A DNA stretch of 64,000 nt, from assembly GCF_000143415.4 (NCBI RefSeq), contig NW_003314298.1, positions 958,972 through 1,022,971 on the forward strand. The letters are read 5' to 3'. The notes under the pieces were generated by a model that had not been told where the DNA came from, did not search any database, and saw only the letters and a program-made list of their open reading frames with translations. This DNA comes from Selaginella moellendorffii (taxonomy: Eukaryota; Plantae; Lycopodiophyta). How positions within the stretch are numbered: position 1 is the stretch's first letter; each line of letters opens with the position of its first letter. The position numbers and the translations under genes are program-made. Below are positions 11,093-22,995 of the stretch, one piece after another.

Positions 11093-11119
11093 AATTCCCA
11101 CTTTAACGAAATAGAGCTT
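11093..11119 (-). repeat. Right terminal inverted repeat of the DNA transposon
   Basis: CACTTTAACGAAATAGAGCTT (11099-11119) is the exact reverse complement of 30783-30803; the match extends imperfectly to ~27 bp. Confidence 0.75.
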
Positions 11120-13623
11120 CTATGTTCTTACACTCACTGGTGATCATTCATTCACAGATTCGTTACAAGTTGGCCACCAACATTTTTGACTAATTGCTCT
11201 AAATGAGGAGGATGATAACATATTAGAACGGATTATACCAATAGGGACCCAAGTGGGAAATATCAAAATTTGAGATATAAGGTTTAGAGTTTTTATTACA
11301 AGATTTGAGATTAATTAAGGAACTTTTGGCTAAAGTTGTTTCTCTTTTCTTTTTTTGATTTCTTATTACTAAATCATTCTATGAAGTTTGGAGCTTTTTG
11401 ACTAGCTTGTATTGTTCTACAAGCATGTTTTGAGAGACAATAAAAACTCTTTATACCCTTTAACAACTTTAAGGGATATGTATTTTTGCTATAATTGAGT
11501 GTTGAAGTTAATGAGAGAAGTCACAAAAACATGAGCTTTAGAAGAAAAAATTGACATCATAATGGATTATTTAGTTTTATTAATTTCTTTATTTTTATGA
11601 GAGGAAGAATTATATAACTTATGGTTTACTAATTTTACACTTTTGGAGGATATTATTAGTTGCTACATCTAGTTAATTACATTTTTTATCAATTTTAATC
11701 AATTTTTTAAAATTCAACTACTTTACTTAATCAAAACCACAAAGTGGATATGATGAATTACAAAAGACTCCTTTGATTAATAATATATTTAAGTATTTAT
11801 TTTATCAACATCAAATATTTGAATAAATGGTTTGTTTTCTTCGCTTATAATAATTGTTACAACATAATTGTTAAATGATATTGTCTAGAGATGTAGATAG
11901 AAGAGAACAAGTTATGGAAAGAATATATAGTTAAATAGTTACTTAATCATTTTTATTTTCTCACATTTTTTTATAGCATTAAATATTTCATCAAAAAACA
12001 TTTGGCACTTAGTAATTATAAATATAAATATTTATAATATTTTAATTGGGTAATGCATAAAGTTAATTGAATACAAAAGAGTAGAAAATATGGAACAATA
12101 TGTTTCTTGCTTTCTTTTCTTGTATTTGGCCACTAACACATCCTTTTTTACAGATATAATCACTTTGATAAATATGGGAGAATTGTGATATTATTAGTTT
12201 TATATAATTAGTATAATAGGAAGGATTGTTTGAAAAATTACCAAAATAGATACAAAAAGCAACAAAATATATTATACATTGGTATAAGATATATAAAATT
12301 TAAAATGAATTCCACTTGGATTTTCATGATTGTTAAATTATTGTTTTTGGTAAATAAAGAGTACTTTTTTTCTAGAGATTTACCTTTCTTTTTAATTCAG
12401 GTGGAATTGACAAATAATAAGCTCAATTCATGAGTAATAATATTCAATATTTGCAAGCAAACAAAAATCCTTAAATACATGTAACTTTTATTTTAGGTGG
12501 AATAAAATATTTTGAGCAACAATAGGCTAACAATCATACAAAAAGAAAATATTTAAATTACAGATTTCATTGAACATGAGTGTTGTACTATATAAAACCA
12601 CTATTAAGTTCTAAAGGTGATCAAAAAGTAATAAAATAATTTTGGTAAGGAAAATCTTTCTCTCTTCTTTTCCACAAGAAATTTAATTTTGTTATTAAAA
12701 CTAGAGTTTAAAACTTTAGTTAAATATTCAAAAAAATACAAGATTTCACCCCTAAATATCACAGAATGATCTAGAACATCATTTTGATCAAATCCTTTTG
12801 TCATGCTACTCATCTTAACTACTTATAACACTAGCTTTATAAAATAAAAGCCTCACCTCAATCTTAATGGCAACACTCTTTAGTGGTGGTGATTATAGTA
12901 GCAACAATATCATTATTCCAGCCTTTATAACAACAGCCATCACATTTTTGTGTCGATGGGTTATTTATTTTCCCTCCTTACCATGTGTGTCTTCTTATAT
13001 GGCAAAAGAACCTTCACAACAAACAACAACCACATCTAAAACAAATAGGGTGAGGTTTGGTGGGTTAGTCTACCATACACCCCAAAAGCCACATGGTTTA
13101 GTGACACCATCTTGAATCTAAACATGAGTAAAAAATAAAGGTAAACCAAAAAAACTTACTTGCATCCACGGGCTATGGGAAGTAAGAACTGTGATTGTCT
13201 TCTCATTAGTAACAATCTTGTTGTGTACCATAATTATTGCACTTTGTATTCACAAACACTTTGAAATCCAGAAATTTCATTTACATGGTTATGAGTTGTT
13301 AAATAGTGTCATATTTCCTGAGGATCATGCTCCAAGATCATTCAGCTTTGACAAATTTTCTTCTTTAACTAGTACATACTTTTCCCATAGATTAGTGGGA
13401 TGCAAACTTTAAGATCCAAGAGAAAACTTATCAGACTAACACTTTTGCTTAAACTCATTGTGTTATTCTGAATTTTTGGATAATTTTACTAAAGCTATTA
13501 AGGTCATAAAAAAATATTGTTGTAAAATGTTATATTATCTAACTATCCTAGAAAACTAATTTTTAACAATACTACTACATAATTATCTTTTCTTCTAACC
13601 TCCACAATAATTAGAATTTTTTT

Positions 13624-13693
13624 TATATATCTATATATGTATCTATATCTATTTATCTATCTATATATATAGATAAACACATACACATATATA
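13624..13693. repeat. TA/TATC microsatellite
   Basis: tatatatctatatatgtatctatatct... run in an AT-rich intergenic region. Confidence 0.7.
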
Positions 13694-14112
13694 TGAATTT
13701 CATGTGACCAAAAAAATATTGCCAACTAAGGAAGCAATCATAAAACATAGCATATATCAACACCAACAACAAAAGGAACAATCCAAACGATAATAAACAT
13801 CTATATACTTGTTAAGGAGGTGTAATTAAAAAAAATAAAAATAAAAGTGTGAGGTGGAATAAGTTCTATGCTTATCAATTAAGTACATATGTAAATAAAA
13901 TACTTTATATTGAGTTGTATAAGGTTTTTCTTAGTTTATCTATATACAACTATTTAAAAAATAGACAAAAAACATAGTACATATTGTTACACTCCAAGTG
14001 TTTAACTAAGAAATTATATGTGATACTTATTATATAATATTTTGTTTAGCTTAAATTCATAATCTACCATCAAAGTTATATTGCTCTTAATTCATATAAG
14101 AGCTTGTTTGAA

Positions 14113-14556
14113 ATGGGGCTTGATTGGAATTTATTTATTTTTCTAATTATTATTCTAGTTTTCCAACAAGAAAAAAATGTGAAATCTGTAAGTGTTTATT
14201 TTCTATAACAATTAGTTTCTTAATTTTTTTTGGATGCTAAATTTATATAGGATTGTGGTGGTCTTTCAATGTGCATAAATATAAAAATGAATAGTGTCTA
14301 TAAAGACACATTAGAAGCAACTTGTTGGGGCAAATCTAAATCAGAATTTCCTAATCACTGTATTACAAACATTGATGGCAATTTAGTGGCAGCAAAAAAT
14401 GGCAATTATCGAGATTCATGTGGAGAACCCACTATTGATGGAACAATATTAAGTGCAGATTGTAAGAAATATAACGGAACAATAAATAGAGGAGAAATTG
14501 ATTTAAATGGGATCATGAGTTTTAATAAATATGCACTATACTTTTGTAACTGTTAA
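14113..14556 (+). CDS. Secreted cyanovirin-N homology (CVNH) lectin-like protein, 2 exons (14113-14187, 14251-14556), 126 aa
   Basis: Exon 1 encodes the signal-peptide-like MGLDWNLFIFLIIILVFQQEKNVKS. A 63-nt phase-0 intron GTAAGT...GCTAA...ATAG follows. Exon 2 has CVNH-type motifs CITNIDGNL, GNYRDSC, GTILSADC and EIDLN. Confidence 0.85.
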
Positions 14557-16454
14557 ACATCTTTGATGAAAATAAGAAATTGCTAAAACTATTCTCATAA
14601 GCATGATCTAATCTTGTTTAAGTGTTAGTAAATTTGATTTAGCATTTGTAATTAGCCATATGAATATAAGGTAGGAACTGCTATATATTTCTTACTGAGC
14701 ATATTTGGTTTGGTTCTTAATTCACTTTTGCTCTATTTTGCATTGATTTGACAAAACCCTTATGTATTGAGACTAATCCTTCAATATCGCCAAATAATAG
14801 TTTACCTCATTTGCCAAACACCCTTGTTATCATGCCTTTTGTGTTAGTCTTGTGAGGTTCTAACTATTTATGGAAAGTGTCTAAATTTGCTTTGTTCTAA
14901 ACACAATAGTGTTCATCTTGTGTCCAAATTCGAAATCTAGCACCATTCCATATTTAATAAGTTTTGTAATTGTCCCAAAAACTAACTCCTAGTACTAAGG
15001 GAGACCAAAACATGCATTCCTCAAAGTGGGTGGAGAGTTATAAGGGGTTCCAAATGTATAGTAGGGATAGTGAGTAGGTTGGGTATGTTTGACTAACCTG
15101 AGGTATAGTTTAGTTCCCATTTGCGTGTTTGTCTTTGTTTTACATTTGGTTTGGGTTTAAGCCTAAGTTCCACACCAAGTTAGCTGGTGGAGTACCCATA
15201 TCCTTGCGTTAGGCCACTAATATGCTGGAATAGCACTAGACTCCATTTGGCTTTAAATTATGTGCTAGTTCTAACAATAAGATATTGGATGCTCTAGGAC
15301 TGTTCCAACATCACACTATGCTCTTGTCCCTTTGCTCGTTGAGTAGAATGCTTAAAAGTCATTTTGTGCTCTGGTTCCTTCACTCCTTAGTTGCAAGCTT
15401 AGAAGTTTGGCTCTATTCTTTCATTCAGTGGTCGAAACTTCAGTTTTGCTCCACTGTCATTAAATATGTAGTATATAGCATATGGTATATAGAGGGTTTA
15501 GGTTTTGCTTCGTGGTTATCTTATAGTAAATCACCATAGGATAAAGGGTGAAAACCACGTATGCTACATTTGGTATCAGAGAATGAGGCTCAGTGAGTAC
15601 TATTCAATAAGATTGGGCAACTACTCTCATTGCATACACAAAGATGAAAATGATGATTCGTGTGGGTACACGTTTGGGTGCTATGACTTCACAATTATTC
15701 CTTGGGTATAGACTTTAGTTACCTTTTCATACTAGAGTGAATGAGGTTGTGCTTAGGCTTATAAGATGGATTAGAGATGTTTTGTTTGCACGAGTTTACA
15801 CTTGGGCTTGTGAGTAAGATATATTAACAACTCAATGTTACATTTTGAGTTGGTAGGATTAATATTAGCCTATCAGTGGTTTCAATGAGTTGTTCCATGT
15901 ACCATGGGTAAAAGTAAACCATCCCTAGGTTTGCTAAGAGTGGAAAATATGCTGGCCCATAACTGTTTAGTACGGCACTAATGGATCCTTTCTAAGCATG
16001 ATTAAAAGTGGATCAATCAAGACTATAGGGATTAATCTTTTGGTTCAAGTAGTCATTGCCGTGCTCTTTCATGAACTTTTCTTGGATTGGATTGAAAGTA
16101 GTGTGAACGCAAGCTTGAGGTTTAATCAAGTTGAAACTAAAAAGAAAGTTATTAGGGACAAAGGATTAAACATGTATATCATTTTTTCTTCTTGGAGAGA
16201 TGATTTGCAATAAAGTGTTAATGTGAGACACAAAATCCCTAGGACCCAAAGTGGAGCTGGAAAGGGTGCCACGTGGTAGTGGCCGAAGCAAAAGCCAAAC
16301 AAGCATAACACATTTGGACTAAAAGCTCTGACTTGGAAGGTCGAGAGCGGGAGTGGAACTCCCAACAAAGTGCTCGAGGAGCGAGCACGAGGCAACCAAT
16401 AAGAAAGGCTCTAAAAAGGGACCCAAAAAGGACCAACACATGACACATGGAAGT

Positions 16455-16862
16455 GTCCGAGATGGATCCGAGATGGACCCGAGACGGAGTCCGAAATGGA
16501 GTCCAAGACGGAGTCCGAGATGGGGTCCGAGACGGAGTCCGAGATGGGGTCCGAGATGGACCCGACGTGGAGTCCGAGATGGACCCGAGATGGAGTCCGA
16601 GATGGACCCGAAGTGGAGTCCGAGATGGATCCGAGATGGAGTCCGAGATGGACCCTAGATGGAGTCTAAGATGGACCTGAGATGGAGTCCGAGATGGAGT
16701 CTGAGATGGACCTGAGATGGAGTCCGAGATGGAACCTGAGATGGAGTCCGAGATGGAACCGAGACCGAGACCGAGACTGTTACCGAGACTGAGACCGAGT
16801 CCGAGTCCGAAACCGAGACAGAGACCGAGTTCAAGTCTGAGTTCGAGTCCGAGTCCGAGTCC
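16455..16862. repeat. GAGATGGAGTCC/GAGATGGACCC 12/11-mer array plus CCGAGA/CCGAGT hexamers inside LTR B
   Basis: Same array at ~22280-22695, ~37520-37945, ~43225-43615 and, shortened, ~51550-51720. Confidence 0.9.
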
Positions 16863-16931
16863 AAATACTAATATAGGCAGTTGGGTGCAAGCCCAAAGCG
16901 ATTGTCCCCAGGGGGGGGGGGGGGGGGGGGG

Positions 16932-17031
16932 NNNNNNNNNNNNNNNNNNNNNNNNNNNNNNNNNNNNNNNNNNNNNNNNNNNNNNNNNNNNNNNNNNNNN
17001 NNNNNNNNNNNNNNNNNNNNNNNNNNNNNNN
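16932..17031. other. Assembly gap (100 N) after a poly-G run
   Basis: N run inside the 5' LTR of B1. Confidence 0.98.
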
Positions 17032-20000
17032 GGGGTTCCAAAAGTATAGTAGGGAGAGTGTGGGGCTTGGAGCCTAGTGGAGCTAGTTTGGCCAGGAAAG
17101 GCCAGTTTGGCCCCGGAAAGGCCAGTTTGGCCCAGGAAGGCCATACCCAGTGTTGGGTGATGAACTGACCACTGGGAAGTCCAAGACTAAAGTGAATACA
17201 GACCCGACAAGCGGGGTAGCTTGGTGCAGTGTTCAAGAGCCGGCTCTAGTTCCCCCGGGAGATCGACTGACCAATGCTCCCAGTCCAAGTGTGGGTGGCA
17301 CTACCTACTTGGATACCAAGCGTGGCTCAACGGAACCTCACTCTAAGCCCATGGCTAGAGCACCCAAAGGTGGAAGGCGGGGAGAGTACCTAGGAGGCCT
17401 GCGTAGGGCCACGGTGTTCCAAAATGTTGCCCCAAAGTCCCAGATTGTGAAAAGGAAGAGGAGCCATCCTCTAGTGTAGAGACCAAGGATACGGTCCTAT
17501 GAGGAGGAAGTCCCAGAGGACCATGGGACTTAGTGGTTGGGCTTGTGGGCCTTGATCTAGTGGCAGTGTTAGTGAGCATGGCCATGAATAGAAAGGGACT
17601 TGGTGGGGACTGGAAAAGGGATATTGGAAAAGGCTAATCCCCATGTCTGTGGGCATCCTAAGGATGCTAAAGAGTGGATCTGGAATGATCACTCATGGAC
17701 GGATGGCCTAGTCCTTGAGAGACGGGACTGTGATGCAGGTGGTGTTAGACCACTAGTGTGACCAAGGTGAAGGGGCATGGCCTTAGCGTAACAGGCTGAT
17801 ATGTTGATGGTACTTTGAGGTGTCGGTCATGGGATTGGACACGTGGAGCACTTGGACCAAGTGCAAAGGTTGAGTGGCGGGGATGCCCTTCTTAGGGCTA
17901 GCAAGCCCAAGTCCGAAATAAGACTTATGGAAGTTGTGAATGAGACTCCTCCAAGTGGTCAAAGGTGTGGTTAAGTGACTAAAGAAGAATCAAAAATTTA
18001 GTTGCTTACAACTTGGTATCGGAACTGTTCCTTAGTTCGGCTCTTATTGGTGGCCAAGTATATCACCACTTGTATTGGAATTGGAAGATCCTAGATATGG
18101 ACCTATCTTCGAAGAGTAGCATGTCAAGAGGACATGGCTCTCCACTCAAGTTCATATGTGAACTTGTGCATGATATGGTGGATGGAAAAGGGCTAGTAAG
18201 GGAACGACTTTGGGATCTTGGGAACAGTATAAGGGTTTTCTCAGAGAGCTGAGGATGTGATCCAGATGAGTGTTTGACGCAGCAAACGAGCTAATGTAGT
18301 TGTGGTAAACAACTATAGTTGGGATCACGGAAAAGATGCAGACTCCAAAACAATAAAGGAGTCACAAGATTACCCTTATATGGTTGAGGCTGGTACTCAT
18401 AAATTTGAGACCGGAATTGTTGACTGTGGGAAGTCAAATACAGAAGAGGACACCAGTCCTTGAAATGGTAGCCGGGGCTACCTTTAATAAATGCTAGAAC
18501 AACCCAAGGAGTTGGGGGTGTATTTAAAGATGAGTTGCTATTCTCATCACATGGACAAGTAGTCCTAAGGGGCAAAGGTTAACCCCAAGAAAATCATCAA
18601 GTGTCAGAGTAACACTTGCAAAGATTGTCTTTGTGAGTAGGACATAAATACAAGAAATTGTATTCTAGTGAGTTGGCACCTCTAAGACTGAGACCTCGCA
18701 GGTTGTTGGATTAGCAAAGTCCAAAATGCTGAATGACTCAAGTGGAGTCAGGGAATGGTCCTAAGGGATTGGTTGAAGCATTTGGACTGAGGTGTATGGT
18801 GCCCCATAAGGTATGGGGAGGATCATAAGATCTAAGTATGAGAACAGTAGGTATCTCATTGATGGCAGAATGTGCCATACTAAAGTTGTGGGAAAGATGT
18901 TCCCAGAAGAAAGCAACTTTGGCCCAAAGTTGGGTGCAAACACTATGGTGCAGTGCTAACAGATAGTTAGCATGAGGAACAACTATATTGGTCTTGGCAA
19001 AGACCTAGACACTAATAAGTAGTGTCATAAGGGTAGGCTCGTGGGGTTGATGGTGTCGAGACACCAAATGTGCCAAAGTGTGATACCTTGAGGTTATGAT
19101 TGTGGGTTCATAAGAACCCCTTGCTAAGGGAATCCCAACGGAAGTGGGAATGGCATGGCCTAAGCTGGAAGGCATGCGGTTGGAGTGTGGTGACCTAGAT
19201 AATGATGGAGGTGTGGAAGCACCAAGCAATGAGTTGTAGGACTTGACAACTATGGGGCAACTAAACAAGAGGTGCAAAGATAATTGGTTAAATGGGTAGA
19301 AAGTAGCTACCCAAAACTTCTTAATGGCATAAAGAAGTTAAATATACCCTTATAAAGGATAAATTGCTTATGTTGTGATATAATGAGTCAATGTCGTAAA
19401 AGGAAATGCTCATTATCAAAGAGACCATCATTGGGACACCCAAACACTCTAGGACACCAGGAGGTGGTGTTTAGTGTTGCGAGGGCAATAGATAAAGCCC
19501 AAAGGACTAAGTCCCTAAGGAATGATGGATAAAAGGTGCTATCCAAATGTCCAAGGTTGCGGAGACGGGAGAAGATTGTCTACCCGAATTGGACAAAGCC
19601 AAAAATGAAATTTTGGCAAGGCTAGTGAAAGCCCATGAGCAGCAACATTAATCCTAATGTGTGGGATTATAAGGTGAGCATACCTGGATTGAAGAACCAC
19701 TCCCTAGGCTATCAGGTAGATTTATCCCTAAGAATATTTGCTAAGGCATGATAGAAAGTGCGAAGCTATCCTTCTAGTTTGGAGGAGAATGATCGAAGGA
19801 AAGGTGTGAAGCCAAAAGCAAGTAGTAAGGGGATAGAACCAAACCGTAGGAATCAAAAGGCATGACCAAGGTTGGTTATACCAGTTGGGAGTGGAGAATC
19901 AAGTGGGGGCTCGAGGGTGTTGTTGCTAGCAACCTTGATGCCATGGAGAGTCTAAAATATGGAATTGTCCATGTTAGACTATATCGCAACTAAAAAGCTT

Positions 20001-22695
20001 GCGAAAAGGGAGGTCTAAGCAAGCTAAGGGATAGAGTCCCTTCAAGGTTCCCAAAGACGATTCTAGGTAGCTTAATACCTAAAAAGGCCAAAATGTAAAT
20101 GGTTCATAGAACGCGCGAAAGCAGAGTGGTGCAGCAGAAGTGTGGTCTTGAAGCTTGCCTGGAGGCAAAGCTATCAAGGTTAGGGAAGTAGTTCCTGAGT
20201 GTTCAAAGAGAGGGTTTTGAACGAAAGTTGATGGTCAAGGACTTTCACGCTTATGCAGGAACCATGTTACGGTGGTCGGAGGACTTGCTAAGCGAGATTG
20301 GCAAGTTGGGGGAACAAATACCCTAGTTTAAGGTGATAACTTCATAAAGGGGGGCCATGGGGCCAAGCATGGAGGAGTCCATGCATGATCACAGACGTGT
20401 CAAGTGAGGGGACTTGGCAGTGTGGAGGAATTAGGTTCCTAAGCTGTGATCTATAGTGCGCTTTAAGTATAAGTTGGTGCACCAGCGTGGGGAGTCACGC
20501 CAAGCATCCGGGGTGATGTCATTCGTAGATGCATATACGGAGGTTGGGTTCGAGTTTCGACCCTCTAGTGCTTGGGTTCGAGTCCCAAATCACTAGGGCA
20601 TGGTGATAGTTTGGAATATGAGGACACTCATATTTTAATGGTCATGGACTCTCAATGAGGAGACTGGCTTGGGCACACCGCCAAGCGGGGGATGCTCCAG
20701 AGTCGTGATGCACAGTTAGATTGCTTAGTGTGGCTCGGCATATCTAACTTGAATACTTTGGTGCGAGTAGCATTGAGGATATGGTGATTGAGATGGGGAC
20801 ACCCAATCTCAGTTGCTATGGACCCTTGGCCAGAAGGGCTGGCTTGGGTGCATCGCCAAGTGTGGGGGATGCCCTTGGGGTCATAGTTAACAAGTTAAAG
20901 GTCTGGAAGACCTAGTACCTATTGACAAACCTGTTAAGGTGTCAAGATTAGATCACTAGTTGATCGTATGGCTAAACAAGAATAAGGTCCTTGTGAGGTT
21001 AAGGAACAAAGTCTCTAATTCAAAGCGTTGATTTGAACTATCGATAATGGTGTGGCTTGGTCAAGGTGACCAAGTGAGAAGGACACCTAAGGGAAATGAA
21101 CTACAACGATGTGGTATTGTGAGTTCAAGAAAGTAATCTCTAGAAAGGACCTATGGGAGGGTCATAATGTTGGGCCGTGGAAGGGGCCCATAGCAGAAGT
21201 TGCTAAAGAGACCTACTAAGGGTGAGTACCCTTTGGACTTGGCGAAGTGGAGCTTTGCCATGGAACCAAAAGAATACCTCAAGGAGGGAGGTAGTAATCC
21301 TTTCTTGCTTGATGCAACAATCAATAGATAGGAGCAAAAGACTAGTGGCCAAATTTGGGCCATGGAATTTAATGGGAGGAATCCAAATGGCAAGGTTAGC
21401 CAAGGAAAAGTATTTGATGCTAATGGATTGCGAGAAAGGAAGTGGACTTCCAAGGTTAAATTCCCAAGTGCTCCAATTTGGCAAAGTAAAAGCTCCAAGT
21501 GAGGAGCATCAAAGTAGCCAAAGGATAGGGCTGTGGACAGCCTTGGCACAAATGATGATAATTGGAACATAGTGCCAAAGGTGGCACAAAATAGAAAAGA
21601 GGATGATGGTGCCCTCAAGTAGAGAATTTCCTAGGATAGGGAAGTGGACTTGCACAATATGTGCAATACAAGGTGTTGGAAACACCTAGGAAATAGACTT
21701 CAAGAAGTCAAAAGTAAACGTTCCAAAGTGCAAAGGTTATGTCGATGGAAACTAAAACTACCCGAGAAGTAATGGGATTGAGATATAGACGGTGTCTCTA
21801 ATAGGTTTAGCGAGAACTAAACCAATAAAAGAAGAGAACCACTACAAGTGGTCCAATCAGTCTTTAAGTTGGAGAGACTATCCTCCTTAGAGGATGGGCA
21901 AGGCATGGCAAGCCTTCAATATCAAACCATTGACGAATATTGGCGAGGGGCTAAGGATGGAAATGGTAATACAAGTTGGTATCACTTTATAAAATAGTTT
22001 ATTGTTCGATGAGGACATCGAACTTCGTCTATGGGTGGTGGAGTTGTGAGACACAAAATCCCTAGGCCCCAAAGTGGAGCCAGAAAGGGTGCCACGTGGT
22101 AGTGGCCGAAGCAAAAGCCAAACGAGCGTAACACGTTTGGATTAAAAGCTCTGACTTGGAAGGTCGAGAGCGGGAGTGGAACTCCCAACAAAGTGCTCAA
22201 GGAGCGAGCACGAGGCAACCAATAAGAAAGGCTCTAAAAAGGGACCCAAAAAGGACCAATACATGACACGTGGAAGTGTCCAAGATGGATTTGAGATGGA
22301 CCCGAGATGGAGTCCAAAATGGAGTCCGAGACAGAGTCCAAGATGGGGTCCAAGACGGAGTCTGAAATGGGGTCCAAGATGGACCCGAAGTGGAGTCCGA
22401 GATGGAGTCTGAGATGGACCCGAAGTGGAGTCCGAGATGGACCCGAGATGGAGTCCAAAATGGAGTCCAAGATGGACCCGAGATGGAGTCCGAGATGGAC
22501 CTGAGATAGAGTCCGAGTTGGACCCGAGATGGAGTCCGAGATGGAACCAAGATGGAGTCTGAGATGGACCCGAGATGGAGTCCGAGATGGAGTCCGAAAT
22601 GGAGTCCGAGATGGACCCGAGATGGAGTCCGAGATGGAGTCCAACATAGACCCGAGATGGAGTCTGAGATGGAACCCGAGACGGAGTCCGAGATG

Positions 22696-22995
22696 NNNNN
22701 NNNNNNNNNNNNNNNNNNNNNNNNNNNNNNNNNNNNNNNNNNNNNNNNNNNNNNNNNNNNNNNNNNNNNNNNNNNNNNNNNNNNNNNNNNNNNNNNNNNN
22801 NNNNNNNNNNNNNNNNNNNNNNNNNNNNNNNNNNNNNNNNNNNNNNNNNNNNNNNNNNNNNNNNNNNNNNNNNNNNNNNNNNNNNNNNNNNNNNNNNNNN
22901 NNNNNNNNNNNNNNNNNNNNNNNNNNNNNNNNNNNNNNNNNNNNNNNNNNNNNNNNNNNNNNNNNNNNNNNNNNNNNNNNNNNNNNNNNNNNNNN
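22696..22995. other. Assembly gap (300 N) at the equivalent position of the 3' LTR of B1
   Basis: N run. Confidence 0.98.

Larger units (their letters stand above)
2893..11119. mobile_element. Large TIR DNA transposon (Sola/DUF7869-like), copy 1; left end displaced by the LTR-A insertion
   Basis: Transposase (-), divergent accessory ORFs (+), dispersed 22-bp palindromes. The terminal sequence 11099-11119 is a perfect inverted match to 30783-30803, which borders copy 2. Confidence 0.75.

Noticed and set aside
16239-17236. Long Ser/Pro/Gly/Asp-rich ORFs, also at 22197-23148, 37294-38081 and 43166-43927
   Set aside because: Artefacts of stop-free 6/11/12-mer arrays and N gaps inside LTR B.
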